DNA of 60,583 bases, taken from the NCBI GenBank assembly GCA_043732705.1, contig JAYTHE010000016.1, positions 1-60,583 on the forward strand, in the 5' to 3' direction. Origin of the DNA: Candidatus Omnitrophota bacterium. GTDB lineage: Bacteria > Omnitrophota > Omnitrophia > Omnitrophales > Aquincolibacteriaceae. Both the position numbers and the translations under genes were made by a program. The notes below the pieces were generated by a model, which worked only from the letters and a program-made list of their open reading frames with translations, made no database searches and was not told the DNA's origin. Shown here piece by piece: positions 20,041-28,385 of the stretch (positions are counted from its first letter, which is position 1; the number at the start of each line of letters is the position of its first letter).

Positions 20041-20856
20041 ATGAGTATCCATCGCGACCAGCTTAAAACGCTCATCAACTTAAAGCATGCCGTCGCTACA
20101 TCAGGCGCCGGAATTATTTCTTTTTTTACGCAAATCGGCGGAATTAATATTTTGCTGTCGCGCACGGTGGGATTAATTTTTAAAGGAGAAATCCGCTGGA
20201 AATCAACGGTTGAGCAAATGTTTGAAATCGGCGTGATGTCTTTGCCGCTTGTTTTTTTAACCTCACTTTTCACCGGTATGGTGCTGGCATTGCAATCGGC
20301 TTATCAGTTGCGGCTTTTTACCGCGCAGCAATTTACCGCTGACCTCGTTGCACTTTCGATTTGCCGCGAATTGGGACCTGTCTTGACCGCCATGGTTGTG
20401 GCGGGGCGCGTGGGCGCGTCAATCGCGGCTGAGCTCGGAACGATGAAGGTCACGGAGCAAATCGATGCTCTCAAGTCACTTGCCATGGATCCTGTCGAAT
20501 ATCTTGCCGTGCCGCGCTTTTTAGCGGCAATTTTTATGCTTTTTGCTTTAACCATTTACGCGGATATCATTGGAATGCTGGGCGGCTATCTTGTTTCTGT
20601 TTTTAAGCTGGGAATCAGCTCGCATGAATATATTAAGCGTTCCATCGATTCATTAATGGTTAAAGATGTGATGACCGGTTTAATCAAAGCTTTTTGCTTC
20701 GGCGGAATTATTTCAATTGTCGGCTGCTTCTACGGGTTTAATACTAAGGACGGTGCGGAAGGTGTGGGCCGCGCGACGACTTACGCCGTGGTTGTGGCAT
20801 TGATTGCGATCATTGCTTCCGACGTTCTATTCACCGCAATCTTTTATTTCTTTTGA
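20041..20856 (+). CDS. mlaE: MlaE-family ABC permease
   Basis: RELGPVLTA, GRVGASIAAELGTMKVTEQIDAL. Confidence 0.93.
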   Translation: MSIHRDQLKTLINLKHAVATSGAGIISFFTQIGGINILLSRTVGLIFKGEIRWKSTVEQMFEIGVMSLPLVFLTSLFTGMVLALQSAYQLRLFTAQQFTADLVALSICRELGPVLTAMVVAGRVGASIAAELGTMKVTEQIDALKSLAMDPVEYLAVPRFLAAIFMLFALTIYADIIGMLGGYLVSVFKLGISSHEYIKRSIDSLMVKDVMTGLIKAFCFGGIISIVGCFYGFNTKDGAEGVGRATTYAVVVALIAIIASDVLFTAIFYFF

Positions 20857-20862
20857 TATGAA

Positions 20863-20965
20863 TCCCGTTAGACTCTTAACCTACAATGTTAATCATCTTA
20901 AGAATTCAGGGTGTGAAAAATATTTGCAGTTTTATTTTCAATATTTTGAAGAGAGTCTAACGGGA
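20863..20965. mobile_element. Family C MITE-like element, copy 2
   Basis: TIR TCCCGTTAGACTCT/AGAGTCTAACGGGA flanked by (A)TGAA direct repeat. Confidence 0.8.
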
Positions 20966-21726
20966 TGAAAATTGAAATTCGTGACGTTTATAAATCTTTT
21001 GGCACCAAGCAGGTTTTGCGCGCCGTTAATTTAGTGATTAAAGAAGGGGAAACTCTGGTTGTCATCGGAAGTTCCGGCGGCGGGAAAAGTGTTTTGCTGA
21101 AAATTATTACTGGGCTGCTTGAACCTGACCGAGGGGAAGTGCTTTACGACGGACGAACGCTCGCGAGCATGACGTCCGAAGAAGCAGAGGCGCATCAAAT
21201 GAAGTTTGGGATGCTTTTTCAAAGCGCGGCATTGTTCGACTCTTTGAATGTTTTGGAGAATGTCGGGTTTGTTTTGGAAGAACACCGCGGTATGACCGCG
21301 GCGGAGATTCGTCCGATTGTGCGCGATAAATTACGTATGGTGGGACTGGAAGGCGTGGAACATCAAATGCCCGCAAGTCTCTCCGGCGGAATGAAAAAAA
21401 GGGTGGGGCTCGCTAGAGCGATATGCTATGATCCGCAGGTTATTTTGTATGATGAACCGACAACCGGTCTTGACCCGATTAATTCGGATGTGATCAACGA
21501 TTTGATCATTTCCATGCAGGAAAAACTGCATGTGACCTCAGTTGTGGTGACGCATGATATGACAAGCGCGTACAAAGTCGCGGACCGAATTGCGATGCTT
21601 TACCGCGGTGAAATTATCGGAGCGGGAACGCCGGAAGAAATTCAAAATACAAAGAACCCGGTCATCCGACAGTTTGTGACGGGTTCAGCTCATGGGCCGA
21701 TTACGGACGAACAGAAAAAGTCTTAG
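20965..21726 (+). CDS. mlaF: MlaF-family ABC ATPase
   Basis: GSSGGGKS, LSGGMKKRVGLARA, YDEPTTGLDP. Confidence 0.92.
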   Translation: MKIEIRDVYKSFGTKQVLRAVNLVIKEGETLVVIGSSGGGKSVLLKIITGLLEPDRGEVLYDGRTLASMTSEEAEAHQMKFGMLFQSAALFDSLNVLENVGFVLEEHRGMTAAEIRPIVRDKLRMVGLEGVEHQMPASLSGGMKKRVGLARAICYDPQVILYDEPTTGLDPINSDVINDLIISMQEKLHVTSVVVTHDMTSAYKVADRIAMLYRGEIIGAGTPEEIQNTKNPVIRQFVTGSAHGPITDEQKKS

Positions 21727-21731
21727 GAATT

Positions 21732-22544
21732 ATGAAAAATAATACGCGCGAGTTTTGGGTTGGATTGTTCGCCGGCCTTGGATTTTTAATTCTCACTTTC
21801 ATTATCTTTTTTGTCGGCGGCATCTCTGTTTTTAAGCATGGTTATACCGTGACCCTCAAGTTTGACTATGTCAGTATTCTCGATAAAGGCGCTCCGGTTC
21901 GTATGGCAGGCGTGCGTGTCGGTGAAGTGAGCGCCGTGGGCCTCCAGTTTGATGAAGCCCAAAAGAAAAACCGCGTATTTGTCAAAGTTTTCCTCAATCG
22001 CGGCACGGAAGTCCGCGAAAACTATGTTTTTGCCGTTCAGGGCGCCTATGTTTTAAGTGAACCACATATCGAAATTACACCTCAAATCGGAGATAGGCCG
22101 TTATTAAAAAATGGCGCAGTGCTGGAAGGCACGGGCCCGGTCCAAATTGATGAATTGATTACACGCTCTTTGCATATTGCGGAGCAAATGGATGCGATTT
22201 TATCCAAAGTGCGCGTGATGACCGACGACAAAGAATTAACTGATGCGCTCAAAGTCATGGTTGTTAATTTTGCTGATTTGTCGGTTCAGATGAAGAGTTT
22301 TATGAGCGGCAATCAACAGGATATGACATCCGCAGTTCATAATATTAAAGATTTTTCCGAAAAATTGGATCAATCTGCGGAGAAATTTAATGACCTTATG
22401 ACGCATGTGAAGCAAGGCGATGGCACCGTCGGTAAATTTTTGTATTCCGATGAAGTTTACAAAAATATCAAGGACTTATCCGCGGACATTAAGAAAAGTC
22501 CTTGGAAGTTACTTCGGAAACCCAATAAGTTTTTCTTTTTTTAA
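21732..22544 (+). CDS. mlaD: MlaD/MCE-domain protein
   Basis: N-terminal TM; GAPVRMAGVRVGEV; helical C-terminus with GTVGKFL. Confidence 0.9.
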   Translation: MKNNTREFWVGLFAGLGFLILTFIIFFVGGISVFKHGYTVTLKFDYVSILDKGAPVRMAGVRVGEVSAVGLQFDEAQKKNRVFVKVFLNRGTEVRENYVFAVQGAYVLSEPHIEITPQIGDRPLLKNGAVLEGTGPVQIDELITRSLHIAEQMDAILSKVRVMTDDKELTDALKVMVVNFADLSVQMKSFMSGNQQDMTSAVHNIKDFSEKLDQSAEKFNDLMTHVKQGDGTVGKFLYSDEVYKNIKDLSADIKKSPWKLLRKPNKFFFF

Positions 22545-22552
22545 ATGAGACC

Positions 22553-22818
22553 GCAAGTTGCGGAACGTAGTGAACGCAACTTGCATGGTCGAATTTACAC
22601 CGTACGGCTTTTAGCCATAAAGTACGGTGTTTAGAAGCAAGTTACGGAAGGTAACTTGCATGGCTGAATTTATACTGGGCGGCGTAAGCCAAAAAGCCCA
22701 GCACTAAAAGAAATTGCAAAGCAGTTTTCTGAGTGAGGCCGCAAGTTGCGGAGCAAAGCGATCGTAGCTTGTATGAGCTGAATTTACACCGTACGGCTTC
22801 TAGCCATAAAGTGCGGTG
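22553..22818. repeat. Family D tandem double-hairpin units (3 copies)
   Basis: GCAAGTT..AACTTGC hairpin + GAATTTA + second hairpin; 22591-22629 and 22780-22818 are identical at 37/39 nt. Confidence 0.8.
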
Positions 22819-22932
22819 CATAATAGTTTAGTTTTTTGCTCTTTAAATTTTGGCAGGGATTGTTTTAATAAATTACATATTCAATATTTCATTCTGTTCG
22901 TAATTTCATACTATTAATTAGGAGTCATACTT

Positions 22933-24054
22933 ATGATTAATGTAATCCGCGTGACGGTGATTCTGCTTGGCGCGATTTTCGGCTACTTATCCGACCTCAA
23001 ATGGCTTGTCGATCATTTTGGCATTCCCGACTCGCCCTGGATCGGCGCTTTAGTGGGCTTGTGCAGCGGGACCATCATTGTCCTTCTTGATCTTTTTTTT
23101 AAACAATACTCCGTCCGCAATGTGCTTTCCGTGATTATCGGATTGGCGTTAGGACTGACGACGCACCACCTGTTTATCCAAGCACTTGAAAATATGCATG
23201 TGGATTTGGATTTAGCCCGTCAATTGGCGCTCGTTTCCTCAGTGATCTTGCCCTATCTCGGCATTGTAACGATTTTACGCGGGCAGGAAGAGTTTACCGT
23301 GATGCTGCCTTTCGTGAAATTGGATGCAAAAGGCACCGGAGAAGATTTAGTACTGCTTGATACTAGTGTCGTCATTGACGGCCGCATCGCGGACATGGTC
23401 AAAACCAACTTTTTAGCTTGTCGTCTTGTGGTTCCGACTTTTGTGTTGAAAGAATTGCAGCTAATTTCCGATTCCTCGGATTCTTTAAAACGCGCGCGTG
23501 GCCGCCGCGGACTTGATATTTTGAATCGTATGAAAGCGAATACCAACGTGGAAATCACAATCAACGAAATGGATTTTTCCGAAATTCCTACGGTTGATTC
23601 GAAGCTTGTCAAAATGGCTAAAGTGATTAACGCCCGTATTTTTACAAATGATTACAATTTGAATAAAGTTGCCGAACTGCAGGGTGTCAAGGTTTTGAAC
23701 ATTAATGATTTGGCCAATGCTTTGAAGCCGGTTGTGATGCCGGGCGAACAAATGCAGGTTAAACTTTTGAAAGAAGGCAAAGAGCCTGATCAGGCTGTCG
23801 CGTATCTTGATGATGGTACGATGGTGGTTGTCGACAATGGCCGCCGTCTTTTAGGCCGAACCTTGAATGTTTCCATTACCAGTGTGCTTCAAACCCAGGC
23901 CGGCCGCATGATTTTTGCGAAGGCCGAGGAAAATGCACATGAGATTCGTGAGCCTGCTGATAATCGCGATTTTGACTACGATAATCGCCCGCGCGATAAC
24001 CGCCGCAATAATAACCGTAACCCGAATCCGAACGAGGGCTATCCTAAAAGGTAG
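22933..24054 (+). CDS. Membrane PIN/TRAM-domain protein (YacL-like)
   Basis: Four TMs; LLDTSVVIDGRI; TNDYNLNKVA; YLDDGTMVVV; LQTQAGRMIF. Confidence 0.92.
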   Translation: MINVIRVTVILLGAIFGYLSDLKWLVDHFGIPDSPWIGALVGLCSGTIIVLLDLFFKQYSVRNVLSVIIGLALGLTTHHLFIQALENMHVDLDLARQLALVSSVILPYLGIVTILRGQEEFTVMLPFVKLDAKGTGEDLVLLDTSVVIDGRIADMVKTNFLACRLVVPTFVLKELQLISDSSDSLKRARGRRGLDILNRMKANTNVEITINEMDFSEIPTVDSKLVKMAKVINARIFTNDYNLNKVAELQGVKVLNINDLANALKPVVMPGEQMQVKLLKEGKEPDQAVAYLDDGTMVVVDNGRRLLGRTLNVSITSVLQTQAGRMIFAKAEENAHEIREPADNRDFDYDNRPRDNRRNNNRNPNPNEGYPKR

Positions 24055-24062
24055 CGCTGGGT

Positions 24063-25286
24063 ATGCGAGTCAGTCTTATCATCACAGCCGCGGGCGCAAG
24101 CACCCGGTTTGCAAAAACAATTCCCAAAGCCGGCCGTAAAAAAACTGGCTCCAAACTTTTTTTTGAATTGGGCGGCATTCCTGTTTTAGAAAGAACTTTA
24201 CGCGCCTTTTCCAGCATTTCAGAAATCCGTGAAACTTATGTCACGGTTCAGCCTGGTTTTGAACGTGAAGCTTCAGCATGGGGAAATGCGCGCGGTTTCA
24301 AAAAAGTGAAATGGATTGCCGGAGGAAAAACACGCGCTGAATCCGTATTGTTCGCTTTAAAAAAAACATCGTCTAAAAATTCTCATGTGATGGTGCATGA
24401 CGGCGCGCGGCCGTTTGTTGCTCCCGCGGCAGTAAAAAAACTTTTCACAAAAATAAAAAAATATGACGGGATTTTATTGGGCCGCCAAGTCGTGGCCACA
24501 TTGAAAAAAGTTTCGCTATCCGGCGGCAGGGTTGAGGGAACTGTCGACCGTTCCCGGCTCGCAGAAGCAGAAACACCCCAGCTTGTGAAGCGGCAGGTTT
24601 TATTGAATGCTTATCGAAAAGTTCCGGGTGCGCTTTCCTTTACTGACGAATCCAGTCTTGTCGAGGCCGCCGGAGGGAAAATGGGAATTCTTTTGCATGC
24701 GGACTGGAACCCCAAATTGACCCATTATGCGGATTTTGAGCTAGCTGAAGCCCGTGTTCGTTTTGACCTCTGCGCCAAAAGCGCAACCGGTATGGATGCA
24801 GATGCTTCTCGTATGGGAATAGGTTATGATATCCACCGTTTGGTGGCAGGGCGTAAGCTTTGGATCGGCGGAATTAAAATTCCTTTTGAAAAAGGTTCGT
24901 TGGGCCATTCGGACGGTGATGCGCTGCTGCACAGTATTACAGATGCGATTTTAGGTGCAATGGGGCTCGGTGATATCGGCGACTGGTTTTCAGACCGCAA
25001 TCCGAAATATAAAAACATTCAAAGTTCAAAATTACTAGCACAGGTTTTGGAAAGAACAAAAGCATTGGGCTGGAGACCTTCGCAGGTTGATACGAATGTG
25101 ATTTTAGAAAAACCGAAACTCGGGCCGTTGAAAATGAAAATACGGACATCGGTTGCTAAGTTACTAAATTTGCCGCTGACACATGTCTCCGTGAAAGCCA
25201 GGACCTATGAAGGTTTGGCGCCGATAGGAACGGGTGAGGCTTGGGTATCGCAGGCCATTGTTATTATGCAAAAAATAAAGGGGTAA
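24063..25286 (+). CDS. ispDF: Bifunctional IspD/IspF
   Basis: AAGASTRF, HDGARP, ETPQ (IspD); GYDIHRL, GHSDGD, GDIG (IspF). Confidence 0.93.
   Translation: MRVSLIITAAGASTRFAKTIPKAGRKKTGSKLFFELGGIPVLERTLRAFSSISEIRETYVTVQPGFEREASAWGNARGFKKVKWIAGGKTRAESVLFALKKTSSKNSHVMVHDGARPFVAPAAVKKLFTKIKKYDGILLGRQVVATLKKVSLSGGRVEGTVDRSRLAEAETPQLVKRQVLLNAYRKVPGALSFTDESSLVEAAGGKMGILLHADWNPKLTHYADFELAEARVRFDLCAKSATGMDADASRMGIGYDIHRLVAGRKLWIGGIKIPFEKGSLGHSDGDALLHSITDAILGAMGLGDIGDWFSDRNPKYKNIQSSKLLAQVLERTKALGWRPSQVDTNVILEKPKLGPLKMKIRTSVAKLLNLPLTHVSVKARTYEGLAPIGTGEAWVSQAIVIMQKIKG
24767..24790 (+). repeat. Family A repeat in the IspD-IspF linker
   Basis: CCTC-TGCGC-CAAAA-GCGCA-ACCGG. Confidence 0.85.
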
Positions 25287-25291
25287 CATTA

Positions 25292-26722
25292 ATGATTCGT
25301 GTTCGTTTCGCACCATCGCCCACAGGGCGCTTGCATTTGGGAAATATCCGTACTGCGCTTTTTAACTATTTATGGGCACGCGCGCAGGGCGGCAAATTTA
25401 TTCTGCGCTTGGAAGATACGGACCGCGAAAGATTTCTTCCGGAATATCGCGCGGGAATTATTGAAGATATGCGCTGGATGGGTTTGAATTGGGATGAAGG
25501 CCCCGAAAATAACGGCTCTTATGGACCCTATGAACAATCCCAGCGTCTTGATCATTACCAGGGTTTCGCGAAGAAATTAATTGAAGACGGTAAAGCTTAT
25601 TATTGCTATGTCACACAGGAAGAAACTGATGAATCAAAACGTATCGCGAAACTGAACCGTTTGCCGCCGCGTTTTGATAATCGCGGCCGGTTTTTTTCAA
25701 AAGAAGAAATCGAAGCGCGCAAAGCCCGCGGTATTAAGCCGACCTTGCGTTTTAAAGTCGAAAGTCCGCAGGTCAAAATGCATGACCTGATTCGCGGCGA
25801 TGTGGAATTTAATCTTGATGACATGGTCGGCGACTTCGTGATTTTGCGCAATGACGGAACACCCACTTTCCACTTGGCGGTTTGCGTCGATGATGCTTTG
25901 ATGAAGGTCACGCATGTGATTCGCGGCGAAGATCATTTATCGAATACGCCAAAACATATTTTACTGATTCGCGCGATGGGTTTTGAACCGCCGCAATACG
26001 GGCATTTATCTTTGATTCACGGCCCGGGCGGAGAACCGCTTTCCAAACGTTTATCCACGGTTTCTGTCGGTGAATTCCGCCGCCAGGGTTATTTGCCCGA
26101 AGCGCTGGTGAATTACATCGCATTCCTCGGTTGGTCGCCGGGCGATAACCGCGAAATTTTCAGCTGGGACGAATTGCAAAAAGTGTTTTCGCTTGAACGC
26201 GTTAATAAATCTTCATCGATTTATGATCCCGATAAATTGAACTGGGTGAATGGCCAGCATTTGCGCGCGTTATCTGATGAGGTTTTTACCAAAAAAGCAA
26301 TTTCATACCTAAAAGCACAAAATGCGTTACCTGTGGATGAAGCGACTGTTGCGCGTGTTTTGCCAGCATTCAAAGATGCGATTGCAAAATTTGACGAATT
26401 AGCGGGACATCTGAGTTTCTTAAAACCGGATTTAACTTATGAAAATGCGGTTTGGTTGCAATCAACTGCAGCGGGAACTTTGCTTGATGCCGCGATTGCG
26501 ATTTTACCAAGTTTAAATTGGAATGATCCGTTGGTTTATGACGCTTTTATTGCGGCACTCAAACCGAAAGTAGCGGTCAAAGGCAAGGAGCTTTTTATGC
26601 CGGTGCGCATGGCATTGACGGGACGTGAGCATGGCCCCGAACTTAAAAAACTGTTCCCATTGCTTGGGCAACAGTTTGCAGCGCAGCGTTTTCAAATGGC
26701 AAAGGGCCAGGTTAAAGCATGA
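25292..26722 (+). CDS. gltX: Glutamate--tRNA ligase
   Basis: RFAPSPTGRLHLGN, RLEDTD, HVIRGEDH, LSKR. Confidence 0.96.
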   Translation: MIRVRFAPSPTGRLHLGNIRTALFNYLWARAQGGKFILRLEDTDRERFLPEYRAGIIEDMRWMGLNWDEGPENNGSYGPYEQSQRLDHYQGFAKKLIEDGKAYYCYVTQEETDESKRIAKLNRLPPRFDNRGRFFSKEEIEARKARGIKPTLRFKVESPQVKMHDLIRGDVEFNLDDMVGDFVILRNDGTPTFHLAVCVDDALMKVTHVIRGEDHLSNTPKHILLIRAMGFEPPQYGHLSLIHGPGGEPLSKRLSTVSVGEFRRQGYLPEALVNYIAFLGWSPGDNREIFSWDELQKVFSLERVNKSSSIYDPDKLNWVNGQHLRALSDEVFTKKAISYLKAQNALPVDEATVARVLPAFKDAIAKFDELAGHLSFLKPDLTYENAVWLQSTAAGTLLDAAIAILPSLNWNDPLVYDAFIAALKPKVAVKGKELFMPVRMALTGREHGPELKKLFPLLGQQFAAQRFQMAKGQVKA

Positions 26723-27348
26723 AGAAAAAAGGTCTTTTGATTACTTTTGAAGGCGGCGAAGGCAGCGGCAAAAGCACGCAGATCCGTGAAACCGCAAGCT
26801 ACTTCAAACGTAAAGGCTATAAAGTCGAAATTTTCCGCGAACCCGGATCAACCGCGGCAGGTGAAGCCATCCGTGAGATTTTATTGAATCCCAAACTTAA
26901 AACCATGGTTTGGCAAACAGAGTTATTACTTTTTCTGGCGGCGCGCGCCCAATTGGTCCGCGAAAAGATTTTGCCCGGTATTCAAAAAGGTGAGATTGTG
27001 CTCGTTGACCGTTTTGAGGATTCAACCATTGCTTATCAAGGCTATGGACGCGGCCTGGATATAAAAAAGGTCACAGGATTTTTTCCGTTTGTCCGCGAGA
27101 ATTGTGTTCCTGATTTAACTTTTTTTCTGGATCTTCCTGTTAGTTTAGGTCTTGAACGCGCAAGAAAACGCGGCAAAGCAGACCGCATGGAAAAATCAAA
27201 CCGGGATTTTCATGCGCGCGTACGTAAAGGTTTCCTGAGTTTGGCAAAAAAATACCCAAAACGCATACATAAGATTTTTAGCGGCCGTTCCGTCGGTGAA
27301 GTACGGGCGGATATTTTTAAAGTCTTGGACTCCGTTATCAAAAAATGA
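26719..27348 (+). CDS. tmk: Thymidylate kinase
   Basis: FEGGEGSGKST, REPG, DRF..STIAYQG. Confidence 0.96.
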   Translation: MKKKGLLITFEGGEGSGKSTQIRETASYFKRKGYKVEIFREPGSTAAGEAIREILLNPKLKTMVWQTELLLFLAARAQLVREKILPGIQKGEIVLVDRFEDSTIAYQGYGRGLDIKKVTGFFPFVRENCVPDLTFFLDLPVSLGLERARKRGKADRMEKSNRDFHARVRKGFLSLAKKYPKRIHKIFSGRSVGEVRADIFKVLDSVIKK

Positions 27349-28196
27349 AAAATATTCTTTCCAACAAAACTCAAAAGCTTGCGGCGAAAATTTTAAACAA
27401 ACATGCCGAAACCGGCCGTATTTCGCAGGCGTATTTTTTTACTGGTGAGGAGCTCACTTTTGATCCTGAAACAGAATTCAGCCACAAAGATGATTTTGTT
27501 TTTGATTTTGCGGCTAAGATTGTGGGCGGCAGCGCGTCCGAAGCCGACCGTTTGCGGCGTATTCGGGAAGTCAAGCATCCGGATGTTTTGCGTTTGGGCG
27601 GTGATCCGGAAATGACTTCGGTTAAAATTGCAGAAATGCGCGACTTGCTGAAATGGGTTTCGATGAAACCTTTCGAAGGTGAAAGAAAAGTTGGGATTAT
27701 CTGCCGCGCCGATAAACTCACCGATGAAGCCGCGAACGCGTTTTTAAAAACATTGGAAGAGGCGCCGGGCAATACGGTTTTCTGTCTTTTGGCTCCGTCC
27801 CGCGAATTAGTTTTAGAAACTATCCGTTCAAGATGTTTTGAAGTCCGCTTTCCTGAAGTTCCGGCTTGGAATCCCGCGGCGGCAAGCGCTTTACCGCCAT
27901 TCCGTGAAATGCTTGATAATTATTCCGACTTAACCAAAGCGGAGTTGAAGCCCGCGCTTGATCAGGCTTTGGAAAATATCCGCGAGCGTCTTGCTTCGGC
28001 TTCGCGGTCATATTTTGCTTCTGGGTCTTCGCCCCAACCAGCGAGAGTCCATCATCCTGTAGATTATTTACGCGCATTCGAAACCATTTGCGAGGCGAAG
28101 TCGGCGCTTGAAGCAAACGCCAATGCCAAATTGACTGTGACGCGCATGGTCATGAAATTGCGCCATTATTTTTCGGGCGAGAGAGGCATTGTGTGA
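27345..28196 (+). CDS. holB: DNA polymerase III delta' subunit
   Basis: HPDV, AANAFLKTLEE, TIRSRC; follows tmk. Confidence 0.85.
   Translation: MKNILSNKTQKLAAKILNKHAETGRISQAYFFTGEELTFDPETEFSHKDDFVFDFAAKIVGGSASEADRLRRIREVKHPDVLRLGGDPEMTSVKIAEMRDLLKWVSMKPFEGERKVGIICRADKLTDEAANAFLKTLEEAPGNTVFCLLAPSRELVLETIRSRCFEVRFPEVPAWNPAAASALPPFREMLDNYSDLTKAELKPALDQALENIRERLASASRSYFASGSSPQPARVHHPVDYLRAFETICEAKSALEANANAKLTVTRMVMKLRHYFSGERGIV
28018..28041 (+). repeat. Family A repeat in holB
   Basis: CTTC-TGGGT-CTTCG-CCCCA-ACCAG, encodes ASGSSPQPA. Confidence 0.75.
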
Positions 28197-28198
28197 TA

Positions 28199-28385
28199 AG
28201 CCCCCAATTTTCATTCCACTTCTATTACGCCGGCGCATTTGTTTGCGTCTGCTTCGTTATGCTTGCAAAGCTTCCCTCCTCGACGTATTCCAGAGAATAC
28301 GCCTGCGGGTTCTTTGCGCGCATGCCCCGCATCCGCGAAACAACTACATCCGGCTCACGACGAAATGGAATGAAAAATGGCGGCT
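28199..28385. repeat. Family B hairpin element, long copy overlapping the metG start
   Basis: Outer IR 21/24 (28199-28222 vs 28362-28385); core TCTGC..GACGTATTC..GAATACGCCT..GCATC. Confidence 0.75.

Noticed and set aside
22545-22822. Possible CRISPR array
   Set aside because: Units are long, internally structured and irregularly spaced; no unique equal-length spacers and no cas genes
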